Part shown: one piece after another, positions 1-14,746 of the stretch | Position numbering within the stretch: position 1 is the stretch's first letter | Layout: every line of letters starts with the position of its first letter | Assembly (NCBI GenBank): GCA_963666565.1 | Contig: OY762911.1 | Span: 4,192,001 to 4,256,000 of the forward strand | DNA from: Thermoanaerobaculia bacterium | Lineage (GTDB): Bacteria; Acidobacteriota; Thermoanaerobaculia; Multivoradales; Multivoraceae | Reading direction: 5' to 3' | Length of the DNA stretch: 64,000 nt | Notes under the pieces: generated by a model | The model's database searches: none | Told to the model about the DNA's origin: nothing | The model's input: the letters and a program-made list of their open reading frames with translations, nothing else | Program-made: the position numbers and the translations under genes

Positions 1-372
1 GACGTCGAGTAGGTCGAGGTCGCATCCAGCCACAGGCTGCGGCCAGGCATGTTCGTCGCCCAAGTCGTCGGCATGTCCATGGCGCCCACCATCCCCGACG
101 GCGCCTGGTGCCTCTTCCGCGCACCGGTAGAGGGCACGCGCCAAGGCAAGACGGTTCTCGTCCAACTTCGGGACGCCATCGACCCCAAGACCGGCCAGCG
201 CTACACCGTCAAGCGCTACCGAAGCGAGAAGGCGACCACCGGCGACACTTGGCAGCACGAGAAGATCATCCTCGAACCGCTGAACCCAGACTTCGAGCCG
301 ACTATCCTCACCGGCGCGGAAGAGGACGAACTGCAGGTCATCGCCCAGCTCGTAGAGGTTCTGACGGACTGA
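1..372 (+). pseudogene. S24 (LexA/UmuD-like) peptidase domain; probable 3' end of a larger gene with an in-frame TAG at 10-12
   Basis: [13 protein letters not shown] (Ser) and YTVKRY (Lys) motifs. The frame upstream of ATG49 reads [17 protein letters not shown], and there is no SD before ATG49. Confidence 0.6.
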
Positions 373-568
373 GAGACCCGCGCGTACCGGCGTTCGCGGC
401 TTCCCCGACTCGACGCCATCCCCCGGATGCATCCTCCCCAAACCCGGTCCAGCGCGGTCTGGCTTGACACACGCGCCGGATCTCGGCGACACTCTCTCCT
501 CGACCTTGCGACAAGCTCTGCGCCGAGCGTCGCGCTCTCCGCTCCAGCCCACCAGGAGGACTACTCAA

Positions 569-1723
569 ATGCCACGAGAGGATCGCGTTTCACTTATCTC
601 GAAGATTGAAGAGCATCGCAAGTCTCGCGTGATCTGCTATGTCTGTGGAGATCGTCAAGGCGCCCAAACGATCATTTCCGATGATGCAGTCTGGCCGATG
701 TACGACCACGTGCGGAACATTGGGACGGTTGATGCTCTCGATCTGTTTCTGTACAGCCGCGGGGGAAACGTGGACGTACCCTGGCGCATCGTCAGTATGC
801 TGAGGGAACACTGCAAGACACTCAGTGTCCTCATTCCCTATCGGGCACATAGTGCGGCAACGATGATCGCTCTGGGCTGCGACAGCATTCTCATGACGCG
901 CAAAGCCGAGTTGGGGCCTATAGATCCGGCTCTCAGCACTCACCAGGCTGAGAAAGGAACCGCAGTTCGAGAAGATGTACGCGTGGAGGACGTAATGGCA
1001 TTCGTCGACTTTATGAAGGACAAAGCTGGACTCGGAGACCAGAGTGCGATCGCCACCAACGTGAAGATCCTAAGCCAGAAGCTGACACCTTGGGGCCTTG
1101 GCAGTATCTACAGGACACACACACACATCCGCGACGTCGCTCGCAAACTGCTTCTTTCGCGAGCTAGGAAACTCGACGAGAGGAGGACAGAGCAGATCGT
1201 CGAAGCCCTAGCGGAGAAGATCTACCTGCACAACCACGCCATTTCTAGGGTGGAGGCACTTGAACTGGGCCTGCCAGTCAAGAATCCTGACTCCGACCTC
1301 GAGGAACTGCTCTGGCGCCTACTGCAGACCTACAAGGACGACATGTTGCTCCGAGTTCCACTAAAGCCGGAGGACCTCTTCGTGGGTCAGGATGCAGATG
1401 AGGTTGAAGGTGAGCCCATGGATATGGCAATAGTCGAGTCAGCCGAAATGGCCTGGGCTTTCCGGGCCAGTCTATCGGCGCGCCGGCAGCGTCAGGCTCC
1501 CGCGAACATCAACGTGACGGTCAACCTAGGTCTCCAGTTGCCAGCCGAGCTCAAACAAGAAGAGCTGAACCAGGCAGCAATCCAGCAGTTGGTTCAACAG
1601 TTTCAGAATGAGGTGCCGGCAATGGTCAGGCAACAAGTGCGTCAGCAGTCGCCCATCGTGGGCTTCGAGGCAAGCCTCCGTGACGCGTACTGGCGCGATA
1701 TCACCGACGACTCCGACGACTAG
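569..1723 (+). CDS. SDH-family Clp-fold serine protease (DUF114-like), 384 aa
   Basis: AGGAGG at 554-559 before ATG569. Motifs LFLYSRGG, AHSAATMIALG, LGPIDP, HNHAI. Many A/T-ending codons. Confidence 0.85.
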   Translation: MPREDRVSLISKIEEHRKSRVICYVCGDRQGAQTIISDDAVWPMYDHVRNIGTVDALDLFLYSRGGNVDVPWRIVSMLREHCKTLSVLIPYRAHSAATMIALGCDSILMTRKAELGPIDPALSTHQAEKGTAVREDVRVEDVMAFVDFMKDKAGLGDQSAIATNVKILSQKLTPWGLGSIYRTHTHIRDVARKLLLSRARKLDERRTEQIVEALAEKIYLHNHAISRVEALELGLPVKNPDSDLEELLWRLLQTYKDDMLLRVPLKPEDLFVGQDADEVEGEPMDMAIVESAEMAWAFRASLSARRQRQAPANINVTVNLGLQLPAELKQEELNQAAIQQLVQQFQNEVPAMVRQQVRQQSPIVGFEASLRDAYWRDITDDSDD

Positions 1724-2211
1724 AGCCGGAGTACGGTGGGATTGGGGTCTGCGACTCGCATGCTGCCGCGACAGGGCGCTGCTACCGGCTCCATATCGAC
1801 GCGTGGCACAGCCACCTCCGATATCGTGAAGCGAGTTGAGTAGTGCCACGGCGGATCGACTCGCACATTCACAGTTACCGTCGCTGGTGTGCTCGGTGCC
1901 CCGTCTCGACCGTCCTTAGGGTCCTCTGCAGGTAAGGCGTGAACGCTTCTCATGGCGAGTAGCTCCAACTCTGCTAGGGAAGACATCTGGGCTTTCTTGG
2001 TCGTGGCCTTCCTCCCGATCAAAGGGCGGCGGATCTTAGCAGAGATCGGGAGACCGTTCAACTGCGAGGCGATGGTCGTCTGCATTGTCGCGTCCTCGAT
2101 TCGAGACCGGCGCTTTGGGTCGTGTGCCAGCCTTCTGACGGCCTTCTCCCGCTCCGTTAGGCGAGCGCGTGTGGCGGACGCGCTCAACCGCGCCGTCTCA
2201 CGACGGCACAT
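1720..2211 (-). CDS. Hypothetical protein (163 aa), convergent with the SDH protease
   Basis: AAGGAG 8 nt before ATG2211. Its stop overlaps the protease stop (CTAG). No recognisable domain. Confidence 0.35.
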   Translation of the reverse strand: MCRRETARLSASATRARLTEREKAVRRLAHDPKRRSRIEDATMQTTIASQLNGLPISAKIRRPLIGRKATTKKAQMSSLAELELLAMRSVHALPAEDPKDGRDGAPSTPATVTVNVRVDPPWHYSTRFTISEVAVPRVDMEPVAAPCRGSMRVADPNPTVLRL

Positions 2212-2453
2212 GGTGTGGTCTCCTTGATCGCCTCATCGAACAGCTGCGGTCGTCCGCGACGGGCACCCATTATCGGCCTCGGTCGCGAATCCGTCAAGGA
2301 TGCGTGTTTCCGGCCCGCCGGCTCGGCGCGGCTTGACGAACGCCAGCCCCGTCCGAGTAAGGAGGATGATGGGGTGTTCGCCGTCCCCGCGGACGCGGAG
2401 TCCATCACCAACGACGACGTACAACGATCACTGACCGACTGACCGTGATCGCG

Positions 2454-2948
2454 CTACCGGCCTGACGACCTCATCGCTCTCGCCCAAGGCCAGCGACGCG
2501 CGCCACGCCCTCGGGAAAGCGCTCGCGATCCGCCGTCGCCCTCGTCGGCAAAGCGCAGTTCGTAGGTGTTCGCCACCGACGTGCGGCCCAGCGCCGCGAG
2601 CATCTCGAGAGGGTCGTCGGCATTGATCCCCTTCAGGATCTCCTGGACGTCCGGCCGACCCGGCGGCGGCATCCGCACAACGAAGAACACCCACAGGGCC
2701 TCACTCCTGTAGACCCGGTCCTTCCTAGGGAACTCGGCAATCGGCCGCCCGTCGTAGCCGGGCACGTAGCGAAAGACGAACTCGCCGTCCTCGCAGGACA
2801 GCTCACCGACGAGCTCCCGCCCGTGCTCCCTGCTTAGCTGGGAGACCTCGAGCTTCCTCTCCAACGTCTCGCGCGGGGCGCGCGGCCGGCGGATCCCCGC
2901 AGCCAGACACAGTTCGTCCAGAATCCTCTCGACCAGCTTGTTGTCCAC
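2454..2948 (-). CDS. HipA N-terminal domain (HipS/Couple_hipA-like) protein
   Basis: VGELSCEDGEFVFRY...FPRKDRVYRSEALWVFFVVRMP pattern typical of HipA N-terminal domain proteins; GGAG before GTG. Confidence 0.7.
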   Translation of the reverse strand: MDNKLVERILDELCLAAGIRRPRAPRETLERKLEVSQLSREHGRELVGELSCEDGEFVFRYVPGYDGRPIAEFPRKDRVYRSEALWVFFVVRMPPPGRPDVQEILKGINADDPLEMLAALGRTSVANTYELRFADEGDGGSRALSRGRGARRWPWARAMRSSGR

Positions 2949-2995
2949 GGTCTCCGCCCCTCTGAGCCACTATCCCGCCGGCCCGGGCCTTGCCG

Positions 2996-3967
2996 CTACT
3001 CCACCCGCGCCAGCAGCCACCACTTCATCGTCGTCGAGACGAGGTCGGCCGCGTCCTCCTGGACGAAGTGGTTCGCGCCCGGCACGGTGACCAGGGTCAG
3101 GTCGCTATCCAGCCAGTCCCAGGTGTTGTTCAGGCCGTCCGAGTGGAGCGCCGTGTCGTCCAGGCCGTGGAACTGGAGGACCGGCATGCCGAGGCGGGGC
3201 GGTTCCTGCCCGGCGGCCTGGCCGATGCCGCCGCCTTCGCGGGGGTAGTTCTGCTTGTAGTAGGCGAGCATCGCGTCGAAATCGGAGCGTTCGAACGCCT
3301 CGACGTAGTGCTTCCTCGCCTCCTGGTCCTGCACCCAGCCGGAGAGCGTCTGCGGCGTCATCGGCATGCCGAAGAAGATGTCCGGGTCGCTGGCGCTGCC
3401 CTCCTGGAACCTGCGGGCGTAGCCGCTGTTCGCCTGCTGCTCGGGGTTGTTCGCCAGTTCCCGGCCCATCCCGGTCGGGTGCGGCAGGTTCAGGATGATC
3501 AGCCGCTCGGTCATCTGCGGCACGTGGAACGCGAACTGCCAGGCGACCGCGCCGCCCCAGTCGTGGCCGACGATGGTCGCCTTGTCGCGGCCCAGGTGCC
3601 GGATCACCGCCGCCACGTCGCCGACGAGGTACTGCATGGCGTAGTTCTCGTCGCCGTCGGGCTGGTCGCTCCTGTTGTAGCCGCGCTGGTCGATCGCGAC
3701 GACCTGGAAGTCGCTCGACAGCGCCTCCATCTGGTGGCGCCACGAGTACCAGAAGTCCGGGAAGCCGTGGATCATCACGACCAGCGGTCCTTCGCCGATC
3801 GTGGCGTAGTGGATCTTGACGCCGTTCGAGTCGGCGTAGCCGTGTTCGACGCGGTCCATCAGGTCGCTCGCCATCGCCGTTCCTCCCGTCGTCGCCGTCA
3901 GCAGAAGGGCGGCGGCCGCGGCTGCCGGCCAGCGCCTCCGCGTCACTTGGTTCGTCGCTCGCTTCAT
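2996..3967 (-). CDS. Alpha/beta hydrolase (epoxide hydrolase-like) with signal peptide
   Basis: HGFP, GHDWGG nucleophile elbow, GANHFVQ; AGGAG upstream of ATG3967. Confidence 0.9.
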   Translation of the reverse strand: MKRATNQVTRRRWPAAAAAALLLTATTGGTAMASDLMDRVEHGYADSNGVKIHYATIGEGPLVVMIHGFPDFWYSWRHQMEALSSDFQVVAIDQRGYNRSDQPDGDENYAMQYLVGDVAAVIRHLGRDKATIVGHDWGGAVAWQFAFHVPQMTERLIILNLPHPTGMGRELANNPEQQANSGYARRFQEGSASDPDIFFGMPMTPQTLSGWVQDQEARKHYVEAFERSDFDAMLAYYKQNYPREGGGIGQAAGQEPPRLGMPVLQFHGLDDTALHSDGLNNTWDWLDSDLTLVTVPGANHFVQEDAADLVSTTMKWWLLARVE

Positions 3968-4094
3968 GTCTCGCTCTCCTCGGGTGGTCGCTGTGCTTGC
4001 TGAGCCATTGTACGCGTGTTCCGGCGGCCGCGGCCGGGACAAGAGGGGCGCCGGCCCGCGGCCGGCGGCGGGCTTCAGGCCGCCTTCGGCGGCA

Positions 4095-4117
4095 GCGGGT
4101 CGGAAGACCCGCGCACC
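4095..4117 (+). repeat. REP-like hairpin (family A)
   Basis: GCGGGTC-GGAA-GACCCGC-GCACC, intergenic. Confidence 0.85.
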
Positions 4118-4141
4118 GACACCCGGAGACCGAGATCCGGG

Positions 4142-6332
<2,191 letters not shown>

Positions 6333-6340
<8 letters not shown>

Positions 6341-7325
6341 TGACGTCGATGACCACGCGGCCGCGCGTCTTGCCGGCCAGGATCGCCGCGGCCAGTTCCT
6401 CGATCCGGCTCATCGGCTCGACGGTCGTCATCTCGGCCAGCAGGTCGGCCGGAAGCTCCGCCGCCAGCCGCCGCCAGGCCTCCCGCCGTCGTTCCATCGG
6501 CGCCATCACCGAGTCCACGCCGGCCAGGACGACGCCGCGCAGGATGAAGGGGTAAACACTCGACGGCAGGTCCATGCCGCCGGCCAGGCCGCAGGCCGCG
6601 ACGCAGCCGCCGTAGCGGGTTTGGGCGATCAGGTTCGCCAGCGTCGCCGAGCCCACGACGTCGACGGCGCCGGCCCAGCTCTCCCGGCCGATCGGCCGCG
6701 GCTTCGCGGCCAACGCGTCGCGCGCGATGAAGTCGGCGGCGCCCAGGCTTCGCAGGTAGTCGTGCTCCGCCTCGCGCCCGGTGGAGGCGATGACGCGGTA
6801 GCCGGCGCGCGCCAGCAGCGCCACCGCCACCGAGCCCACGCCGCCAGCGGCGCCGGTGACGACCACGTCGCCGCTCTCGGGCGCCACGCCGTGATCCTGC
6901 AGCGCCATGACGCACAGCATCGCGGTGTAGCCGGCGGTGCCGATCGCCATCGCCTGCTTGCTCGTGAAGGCGTCCGGCACCGGCACCAGCCAGTCCGACT
7001 TCATTCGCGCCTTCTGCGAGTAGCCGCCCCAGTGGCTCTCGCTGAGCCCGTAGCCGTTGACGAGCACCCGGTCGCCCGCTGCGAACGACGGCGACGCCGA
7101 CTCGACGACCGTGCCCGCGAGATCGATGCCGCAGACCATCGGCACGGAACGGCAGATCGGCGCCGCGCCGGTGATCGCCAGGCCGTCCTTGTAGTTCAGC
7201 GTCGAGTACTCGATGTCGACCAGGGTGTCGTGGTCGGGCAGATCGTCGGCGGTCAGGTCGCGCAGGCCGGCTGTGTGCTTGTCATCGACCTTGTCGACGA
7301 CGACGGCTCGAAAGGTGTCGCTCAT
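6333..7325 (-). CDS. acuI: Acrylyl-CoA reductase AcuI/YhdH (MDR family)
   Basis: YSTLNYKDGLA, GIDLAGTV, AMAIGTAGYTAMLCV, TGAAGGVGS, PFILRGV, GKTRGRVVIDV. Confidence 0.9.
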
Positions 7326-7440
7326 TCCCGGAGTGTCCCCATGAAGTCCCGTTCGATCTCGTGCAGACGGCGCCGGCGTACGCCGCGCCCGCAACTGGTT
7401 CCTGGATTCGGTTGGCCGCGAGGGTTCTATCATTCCGTCC

Positions 7441-8742
7441 ATGAGATTCACGAAGCCGATTCGAGTGCTCCTCGCCGCCGCTCTGCTGTTGCCGGCGGTC
7501 GCCGCAAACTCCGCCGACGCCGCCAACGAACGCGCCCGGATGACGCCCGCCGACGCCGACCCGGCCACCACCTGGCCGCAGTGGCGCGGTCCGAGCGGCC
7601 AGGGCGACGTGGCCGGCAGCGGCTACGTCGACCGCTGGGGCCCGGAGGAGAACGTGCGCTGGAAGGTCGCCGTTCCCGGCAAGGGCAACTCCTCGCCGAT
7701 CGTCTGGGGCGATGCGCTGTTCCTGACCACCGCCGAGGCGGCCGGCGCCAGGCGCTCGGTGCTCGCCTTCGACCGGGCGACAGGCGAGCGGCTCTGGACC
7801 ACCGCCGCGCCCACCGCGAATCCGGAGCGCGCCTACCCGAAGAACGGACACGCCTCCTCGACGCCCACCGCCGACGGCGAGCGTGTCTACGCCTACTTCG
7901 GCAACCACGGCCTGCTCGCCGTCGACTTCGGCGGCGAGATCGTCTGGCACAAGTCGTTCGGCGAGTTGAGCGCCTTCCACGGCACCGCCTCGTCGCCGCT
8001 CCTGCTCGGCGACCGGCTGATCCTCGTCCAGGAGCAGCAGCGCGCCGCGTCCTTCATCGCCGCGTTCGACCGCCGCACCGGAGAAGAACTGTGGCGCACC
8101 GAGCGCGACACCCAGGTCGGCTGGAGCTCGCCGGCAGCCATCTCCGTCACCACCGACGACGGCGAGGAGCGCGACGAGATCGTCGTCAACAGCCAGCATC
8201 ACGTGATCGCCTACGCGCCGGAGGACGGCCGCGAACTCTGGCGCGCCAGCGGCACGACCTTCGAGGTCATTCCGAGCCCCGTGGTCGGCCACGACCTCCT
8301 CTTCAGCACCTCCGGCCGCGCCGGCCCGACGCTCGCGATCCGCCCCGGCGGCGCCGGCGACGTGACGGACAGCCGCATCGTCTGGACCGCGGCCAAGGGA
8401 TCGCCCTTCGTCGTCGCCCCGATGCTGGTCGGCGACTACCTCTACATGGTCAACGACATGGCGAGCGTGATCACCGTCTACGAGGCGAAGACGGGCGAGG
8501 TCCTCTGGCAGGAACGCCTCGGCGAACGGATGCGCGAAGGCTTCTCCGCCGCGCCGGTCGCCTTCGGCGGCAAGGTCTTCTTCACGAACGACAACGGCGA
8601 GACCTTCGTCATCCGGGAGGGGCCGGACTTCGAGCTTCTCCACGTCAACCGCATCGGCGAACGGACGATCGCCTCGCCCGCCCTCGTCGGCGGCGTCTGG
8701 TACATCCGCACCGACGGCCACCTGTGGGCGATCGCGGGCTAG
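7441..8742 (+). CDS. Secreted PQQ-like beta-propeller repeat protein (BamB-like)
   Basis: Signal peptide, WPQWRGP, repeated AFD..TGE.LW blades. Confidence 0.88.
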   Translation: MRFTKPIRVLLAAALLLPAVAANSADAANERARMTPADADPATTWPQWRGPSGQGDVAGSGYVDRWGPEENVRWKVAVPGKGNSSPIVWGDALFLTTAEAAGARRSVLAFDRATGERLWTTAAPTANPERAYPKNGHASSTPTADGERVYAYFGNHGLLAVDFGGEIVWHKSFGELSAFHGTASSPLLLGDRLILVQEQQRAASFIAAFDRRTGEELWRTERDTQVGWSSPAAISVTTDDGEERDEIVVNSQHHVIAYAPEDGRELWRASGTTFEVIPSPVVGHDLLFSTSGRAGPTLAIRPGGAGDVTDSRIVWTAAKGSPFVVAPMLVGDYLYMVNDMASVITVYEAKTGEVLWQERLGERMREGFSAAPVAFGGKVFFTNDNGETFVIREGPDFELLHVNRIGERTIASPALVGGVWYIRTDGHLWAIAG

Positions 8743-8764
8743 ACCCGACCCGGATCGACGCCGC

Positions 8765-9037
8765 TCAGGGGAGCAGCTTGGTCAGCGCCACCGTCATTCC
8801 CACGATGCCGGCCGCCATGACCCACAAGTGCCGGTAGAGGTCAGCGCGCAGGGTCTGAACTTCGGTGCGGACGGCCTGAACTTCGGACCGCAGGTCTGCC
8901 CTCGCGACCTGGAGGTCCGCTTTCGTGACGAGATCGCCTTCGACCGCCTGCTTCATCGTCCTCAGCACGACGTCCGCCTGAGCCTCGGTGAAGCCAGCCC
9001 CCCGAAACGCTCGCGCCGCCTGCAGAGTGTCGATCAC
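8765..9037 (-). CDS. DUF1640/CCDC90-like small coiled-coil membrane-anchored protein (90 aa)
   Basis: IDTLQAARAFRGAGFTEAQAD...DLVTKADL, heptad region, C-terminal TM helix. Confidence 0.8.
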   Translation of the reverse strand: MIDTLQAARAFRGAGFTEAQADVVLRTMKQAVEGDLVTKADLQVARADLRSEVQAVRTEVQTLRADLYRHLWVMAAGIVGMTVALTKLLP

Positions 9038-9135
9038 GGAGTCATCGTACACAGGGTCGGCGGAAGCTCCAAACGACGACATGTTCCCTTGACACATGCC
9101 GCAACGGAACGCCGCGCCCGATGGGTCGGCGCCCG

Positions 9136-9882
9136 TCAGCGTGGCATTCGCCCGCGATGCACTCGCGCCACTTCGACCATGTAGCCGCGGTTGGGGAAGG
9201 AGGCGGCGCGCTCGATGGCAGCCGCTGCCTTCTCCGCTTCGCCGATCACCTCGTAGTACAGCCCGAGGTAGAGGTCGGCGTAGAAGCGCGCGCCAGGGCC
9301 TTCCGCCGCCGCCACGGCCTCGACCTCATCGACCGAGCCCTTGCCTCGGAACAGCGCGTCGATCTCCGTCATCGGCCGCCGAGCGTCCGGGCCGACCGGC
9401 AACATCGCCTCCCGTGCGGCTTCAAGTCCCTCCTCGGCGGCGACGCAGAGCAAGTGCCACACGGCGTTCTCGACGTCGTTCGGGTTGACCAGCCGGTGAC
9501 GCTCGAACTGCCCCCGGCAGTCCTCGAACCGGCCGGCGTAGTAGTACGAGATGCCGCGCTGCCACAGGTACGGATCCTGCGACGGATCGAGGGTCACGAC
9601 CCGGTCGAAGTCCTCGATGGACGCTTCGATCCGTCCCGCCTTGAACCGGGCCGATCCCCGGTAAAGGTAGAGCCGCCAGTCCCGCGGCGCGGCCTCGATC
9701 GCCCGGTCGTAGCCGGCGATCGCCGCCTCGTACTCGCCTCGGGACTCGTGGAGGCTCGCCTGGCGCAGCAGCATCTCCGCGCTCCGCTCCTCGTGTTGTT
9801 GAGCGGACACGTCGCCCACCAGCCCGAGGAGGAGGCCGACGGCAGCCGCCGAACCGAACCGGCGTGTGCTCCGGCTCCTCAT
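9136..9882 (-). CDS. Secreted TPR protein (NlpI-like)
   Basis: Signal-like N-terminus; TPRs (YLWQRGISYYYAGRF, NPNDVENAVW, FYADLYLGLYYE). Confidence 0.85.
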   Translation of the reverse strand: MRSRSTRRFGSAAAVGLLLGLVGDVSAQQHEERSAEMLLRQASLHESRGEYEAAIAGYDRAIEAAPRDWRLYLYRGSARFKAGRIEASIEDFDRVVTLDPSQDPYLWQRGISYYYAGRFEDCRGQFERHRLVNPNDVENAVWHLLCVAAEEGLEAAREAMLPVGPDARRPMTEIDALFRGKGSVDEVEAVAAAEGPGARFYADLYLGLYYEVIGEAEKAAAAIERAASFPNRGYMVEVARVHRGRMPR

Positions 9883-9958
9883 TCGCGGCACTCTAACGAC
9901 ACCGACTCTCTCAATCACCGCGCCAACCCGAGCCCTACCGATCAGCCGACGCCGTCCA

Positions 9959-10135
9959 GCCTGCCGCGGCATCGCGGGGGAGGGTCCCTGCGGGCTGGAG
10001 GCAAGTGACGCCCAACGCCTCCCCATCGACCGACGCCAACGTGAAACGCAGCCGACCGAAGCGAGCACGTTCGTACCACCCGCCAAGAGAGTGCGAGCGG
10101 CCGCAGGGACCCTCCCCCGCGATGCCGCGGCAGGC
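9959..10135. repeat. Family B structured element, copy 1 (perfect 35-bp terminal inverted repeats)
   Basis: 9959-9993 is the exact reverse complement of 10101-10135. Confidence 0.9.
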
Positions 10136-10179
10136 GGCGCCCCGCATCGTCGCCGGCCTCCGGCCGGCGGCCTGTTTCC

Positions 10180-10238
10180 CCGGGCTGCGCCGCTCCGCGG
10201 CTTCGCCCGCCAGCGGGTCAGAAGACCCGCGCACCCAG
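10180..10238 (+). repeat. Family A REPIN half-element (hairpin 10213-10230)
   Basis: ccgggctgcgccgctccgcggcttcgcccgc followed by the hairpin, matching 62030-62086. Confidence 0.85.
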
Positions 10239-10333
10239 CCTGCACCCAGCGGTCCCACGTCGACTACGGGTACACTTCGCGCGCTTCGGCATAGCCACCC
10301 CCGCAAGGACGACGAAGGAAGGGAATACGCATC

Positions 10334-11212
10334 ATGGGTCTGCTCGACGGCAAGGTTGCACTCGTTACGGGCGCGGGAGGCGGCCTCGGCCGCACCCACG
10401 CGCTGCTGCTGGCGCAGGAAGGCGCCGCGGTCGTGGTCAACGATCTCGGCGGCGCGCGCGACGGCAGCGGCGCCGGCACCGCGATGGCCGACCAGGTCGC
10501 CCAGGAGATACGCGACGCCGGCGGCCAGGCCGTCGCCGACTACGGGTCCGTCTCGGACGGCGACGCCGCCCGGGCGATGGTCCAGCGCGCCGTGGACGAG
10601 TTCGGCAAGCTCGACATCGCGATCAACAACGCCGGCATCCTCCGCGACAAGTCCTTCAAGAACATGACCGACGAGATGTGGGACATCGTCCTCGACGTCC
10701 ACCTCCGCGGCACCTACCTCGTCACCAAGGCCGCCTACGACCGGATGATCGAGCAGGAGTCCGGCGGCCGGATCGTCATGACCAGCTCGACCTCCGGGCT
10801 GCTCGGCAACTTCGGCCAGACGAACTACGGCGCCGCCAAGGCGGGGATGGCCGGCTTCATGCGTTGCCTCGCGCTCGAAGGCGCCAAGTACGGCGTGACC
10901 GTCAACCTGCTCGCGCCCGCCGCCTGGTCCCGCCTGACCGAGGACATCATGCCGGAGGCGACCGCCGAGCCGCTCGCACCCGAGAAGGTCTCGCCCGCCG
11001 TCGTCTGGCTCTGCTCCGACGACGCCGCGGACATCACCGGCCGCATCTTCGCGGTCGGCGGCAACAAGGTGTCGCTCCTGGCTTGGCAGTCGCTCGAAAT
11101 CGCCAGCCGGCCCAACGACCAGGACCCCTGGAGCGTCGCGGCCATCGGCGAGAAGATCCGCGCCGCCTCCGCCGACTTCCCCGAGCCGGTCCGCTTCCAG
11201 GATCTGATGTAG
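10334..11212 (+). CDS. SDR oxidoreductase (3-hydroxyacyl-CoA dehydrogenase/MFE-2-like)
   Basis: TGAGGGLG, VVVNDLG, NNAGILRD, NFGQTNYGAAK. Confidence 0.92.
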   Translation: MGLLDGKVALVTGAGGGLGRTHALLLAQEGAAVVVNDLGGARDGSGAGTAMADQVAQEIRDAGGQAVADYGSVSDGDAARAMVQRAVDEFGKLDIAINNAGILRDKSFKNMTDEMWDIVLDVHLRGTYLVTKAAYDRMIEQESGGRIVMTSSTSGLLGNFGQTNYGAAKAGMAGFMRCLALEGAKYGVTVNLLAPAAWSRLTEDIMPEATAEPLAPEKVSPAVVWLCSDDAADITGRIFAVGGNKVSLLAWQSLEIASRPNDQDPWSVAAIGEKIRAASADFPEPVRFQDLM

Positions 11213-11249
11213 CCGCGCGAGGTCGGCGGTCGCCGCTTCGCCCCCGCGA

Positions 11250-11275
11250 GCGGGTCGGAAGACCCGCGCACCCGG
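11250..11275 (+). repeat. REP-like hairpin (family A)
   Basis: GCGGGTCGGAAGACCCGCGCACCCGG. Confidence 0.85.
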
Positions 11276-11320
11276 TCGGCGCGGGCGCCGGCGCACCGGC
11301 TGACGGCGCGGAGCGGCGGG

Positions 11321-11375
11321 TTGCAACGTTGGCCCCCGGTGCGCGTAGAATGACGAATGTGACCAAACTGGTCAC
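11321..11375 (+). promoter_or_regulatory. Putative promoter with downstream operator palindrome for the reductase operon
   Basis: TTGCAA at 11321 and TAGAAT at 11346, then GTGACCA-aac-TGGTCAC at 11359-11375. Confidence 0.55.
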
Positions 11376-11475
11376 GAATACGCGGACGGCCGTTCGCGCC
11401 CAGCCCGACCGGCGCCTCGGAGCGACCCGGAAAGCGGACCCGCCCCCCAAAGAGAGAGCAAGCGAGAACAGACCG

Positions 11476-13772
<2,297 letters not shown>

Positions 13773-13773
<1 letters not shown>

Positions 13774-14390
13774 TGACGGCCGACCTCGCGGACAGCGAAG
13801 GCACGCGGGAGTCCGACTTCGGCGCGCCCCGGCTCGACGACCTCGTCAAGCTCGACCTGAAGGTGCTGGCGGCCGGCGGCGCGGACGTGGAGGCCGAGGA
13901 GTTCATCCCGGTCTTCCACCGCTGGATCACCGAGCGGGTTCTGCCGGAACTGCTGATCGACGTGGCCGACTACAGCCACGTTCCGGAGGGCCCCGGCGTG
14001 CTGCTGATCGGCCACGACGCCCAGTACGCCTGGGACCTGAGCCGGGGCGAGCCGGGCCTCCTCTACAGCCGCCGGCGCGAAACCGGGCCGGACCTCGAAG
14101 GCATCGGCAACCTCGACCGGCGGCTCCGGTCGCTGCTCGACTGCGCCTTTCGAGCCTGCGACCTGATCGAGGCCGAACCGGGGCTGGAAGGCCGGGTCGC
14201 CTTCGACCGCCACCGGCTGGAACTGCGGGTCAACGACCGGCTCTTTCCGCAAGACGAGCCGACGGCCGAGGCGCTCGCGAGCGCGTTCCGGCAAGCTCTG
14301 ACCGAAGCCGGCATCCGAGACGGCGGAGCGCCGGCGGAGGTGAATCGAATCGGAGAAAGCCGCGAGCGGCTGACGCTGCGAACCGGCTGA
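13773..14390 (+). CDS. Hypothetical protein translationally coupled to the reductase (205 aa)
   Basis: TGATG overlap; globular sequence FIPVFHRWI...LIDVADYSHVPEGPGVLLIGH. Confidence 0.8.
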
Positions 14391-14446
14391 GAGCTACAAA
14401 GCGGTCGCCGCTTCGCGGCGCGTGCTTCTGGCCGCCTCTGGCGGCA

Positions 14447-14512
14447 GCGGGTCAGAAGACCCGCGCACCCAGTGTGTGGCCGCGTTGCCCTACAGCCCGC
14501 GCACCCAGTGTG
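14447..14512 (+). repeat. Family A hairpin with a duplicated 3' flank
   Basis: Hairpin 14447-14464; ccgcgcacccagtgtg occurs at 14461 and 14497. Confidence 0.8.
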
Positions 14513-14533
14513 CAGCGCCGAGGACGACGTCCA

Positions 14534-14705
14534 GCCCGGAGGGGGCGAGGGGAGGGTCCCAGGTGGCTGTCGGCAAGCGACTCCCGACGCCGTTGCCGGA
14601 ACCAACGAGCCCACGGAGCGCAGCCGACCGCAGCGAGCCCATACTCTCCAACCGTCAGGAGAGGGCGAGCGTCATCCTGGGACCCTCCCCTCGCCCCCTC
14701 CGGGC
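14534..14705. repeat. Family B structured element, copy 2 (perfect 30-bp terminal inverted repeats)
   Basis: 14534-14563 is the reverse complement of 14676-14705; interior is similar to copy 1. Confidence 0.9.
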
Positions 14706-14746
14706 GGGTTGCCGCCGCCGAACGCCGCCAGGAAGCGCGCCGGCCG

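Noticed and set aside
10-12. TAG read-through or recoding (pyrrolysine, alternative genetic code)
   Set aside because: TAG is used as a normal stop by many genes in the window; a nonsense mutation or sequencing error is simpler.
10678-11475. N-terminal extensions in the ORF track (reductase 1031 aa, epoxide hydrolase 589 aa, serine hydrolase 779 aa, TPR 369 aa, lactonase 493 aa)
   Set aside because: They overlap neighbouring genes or repeats; better-supported starts lie downstream.
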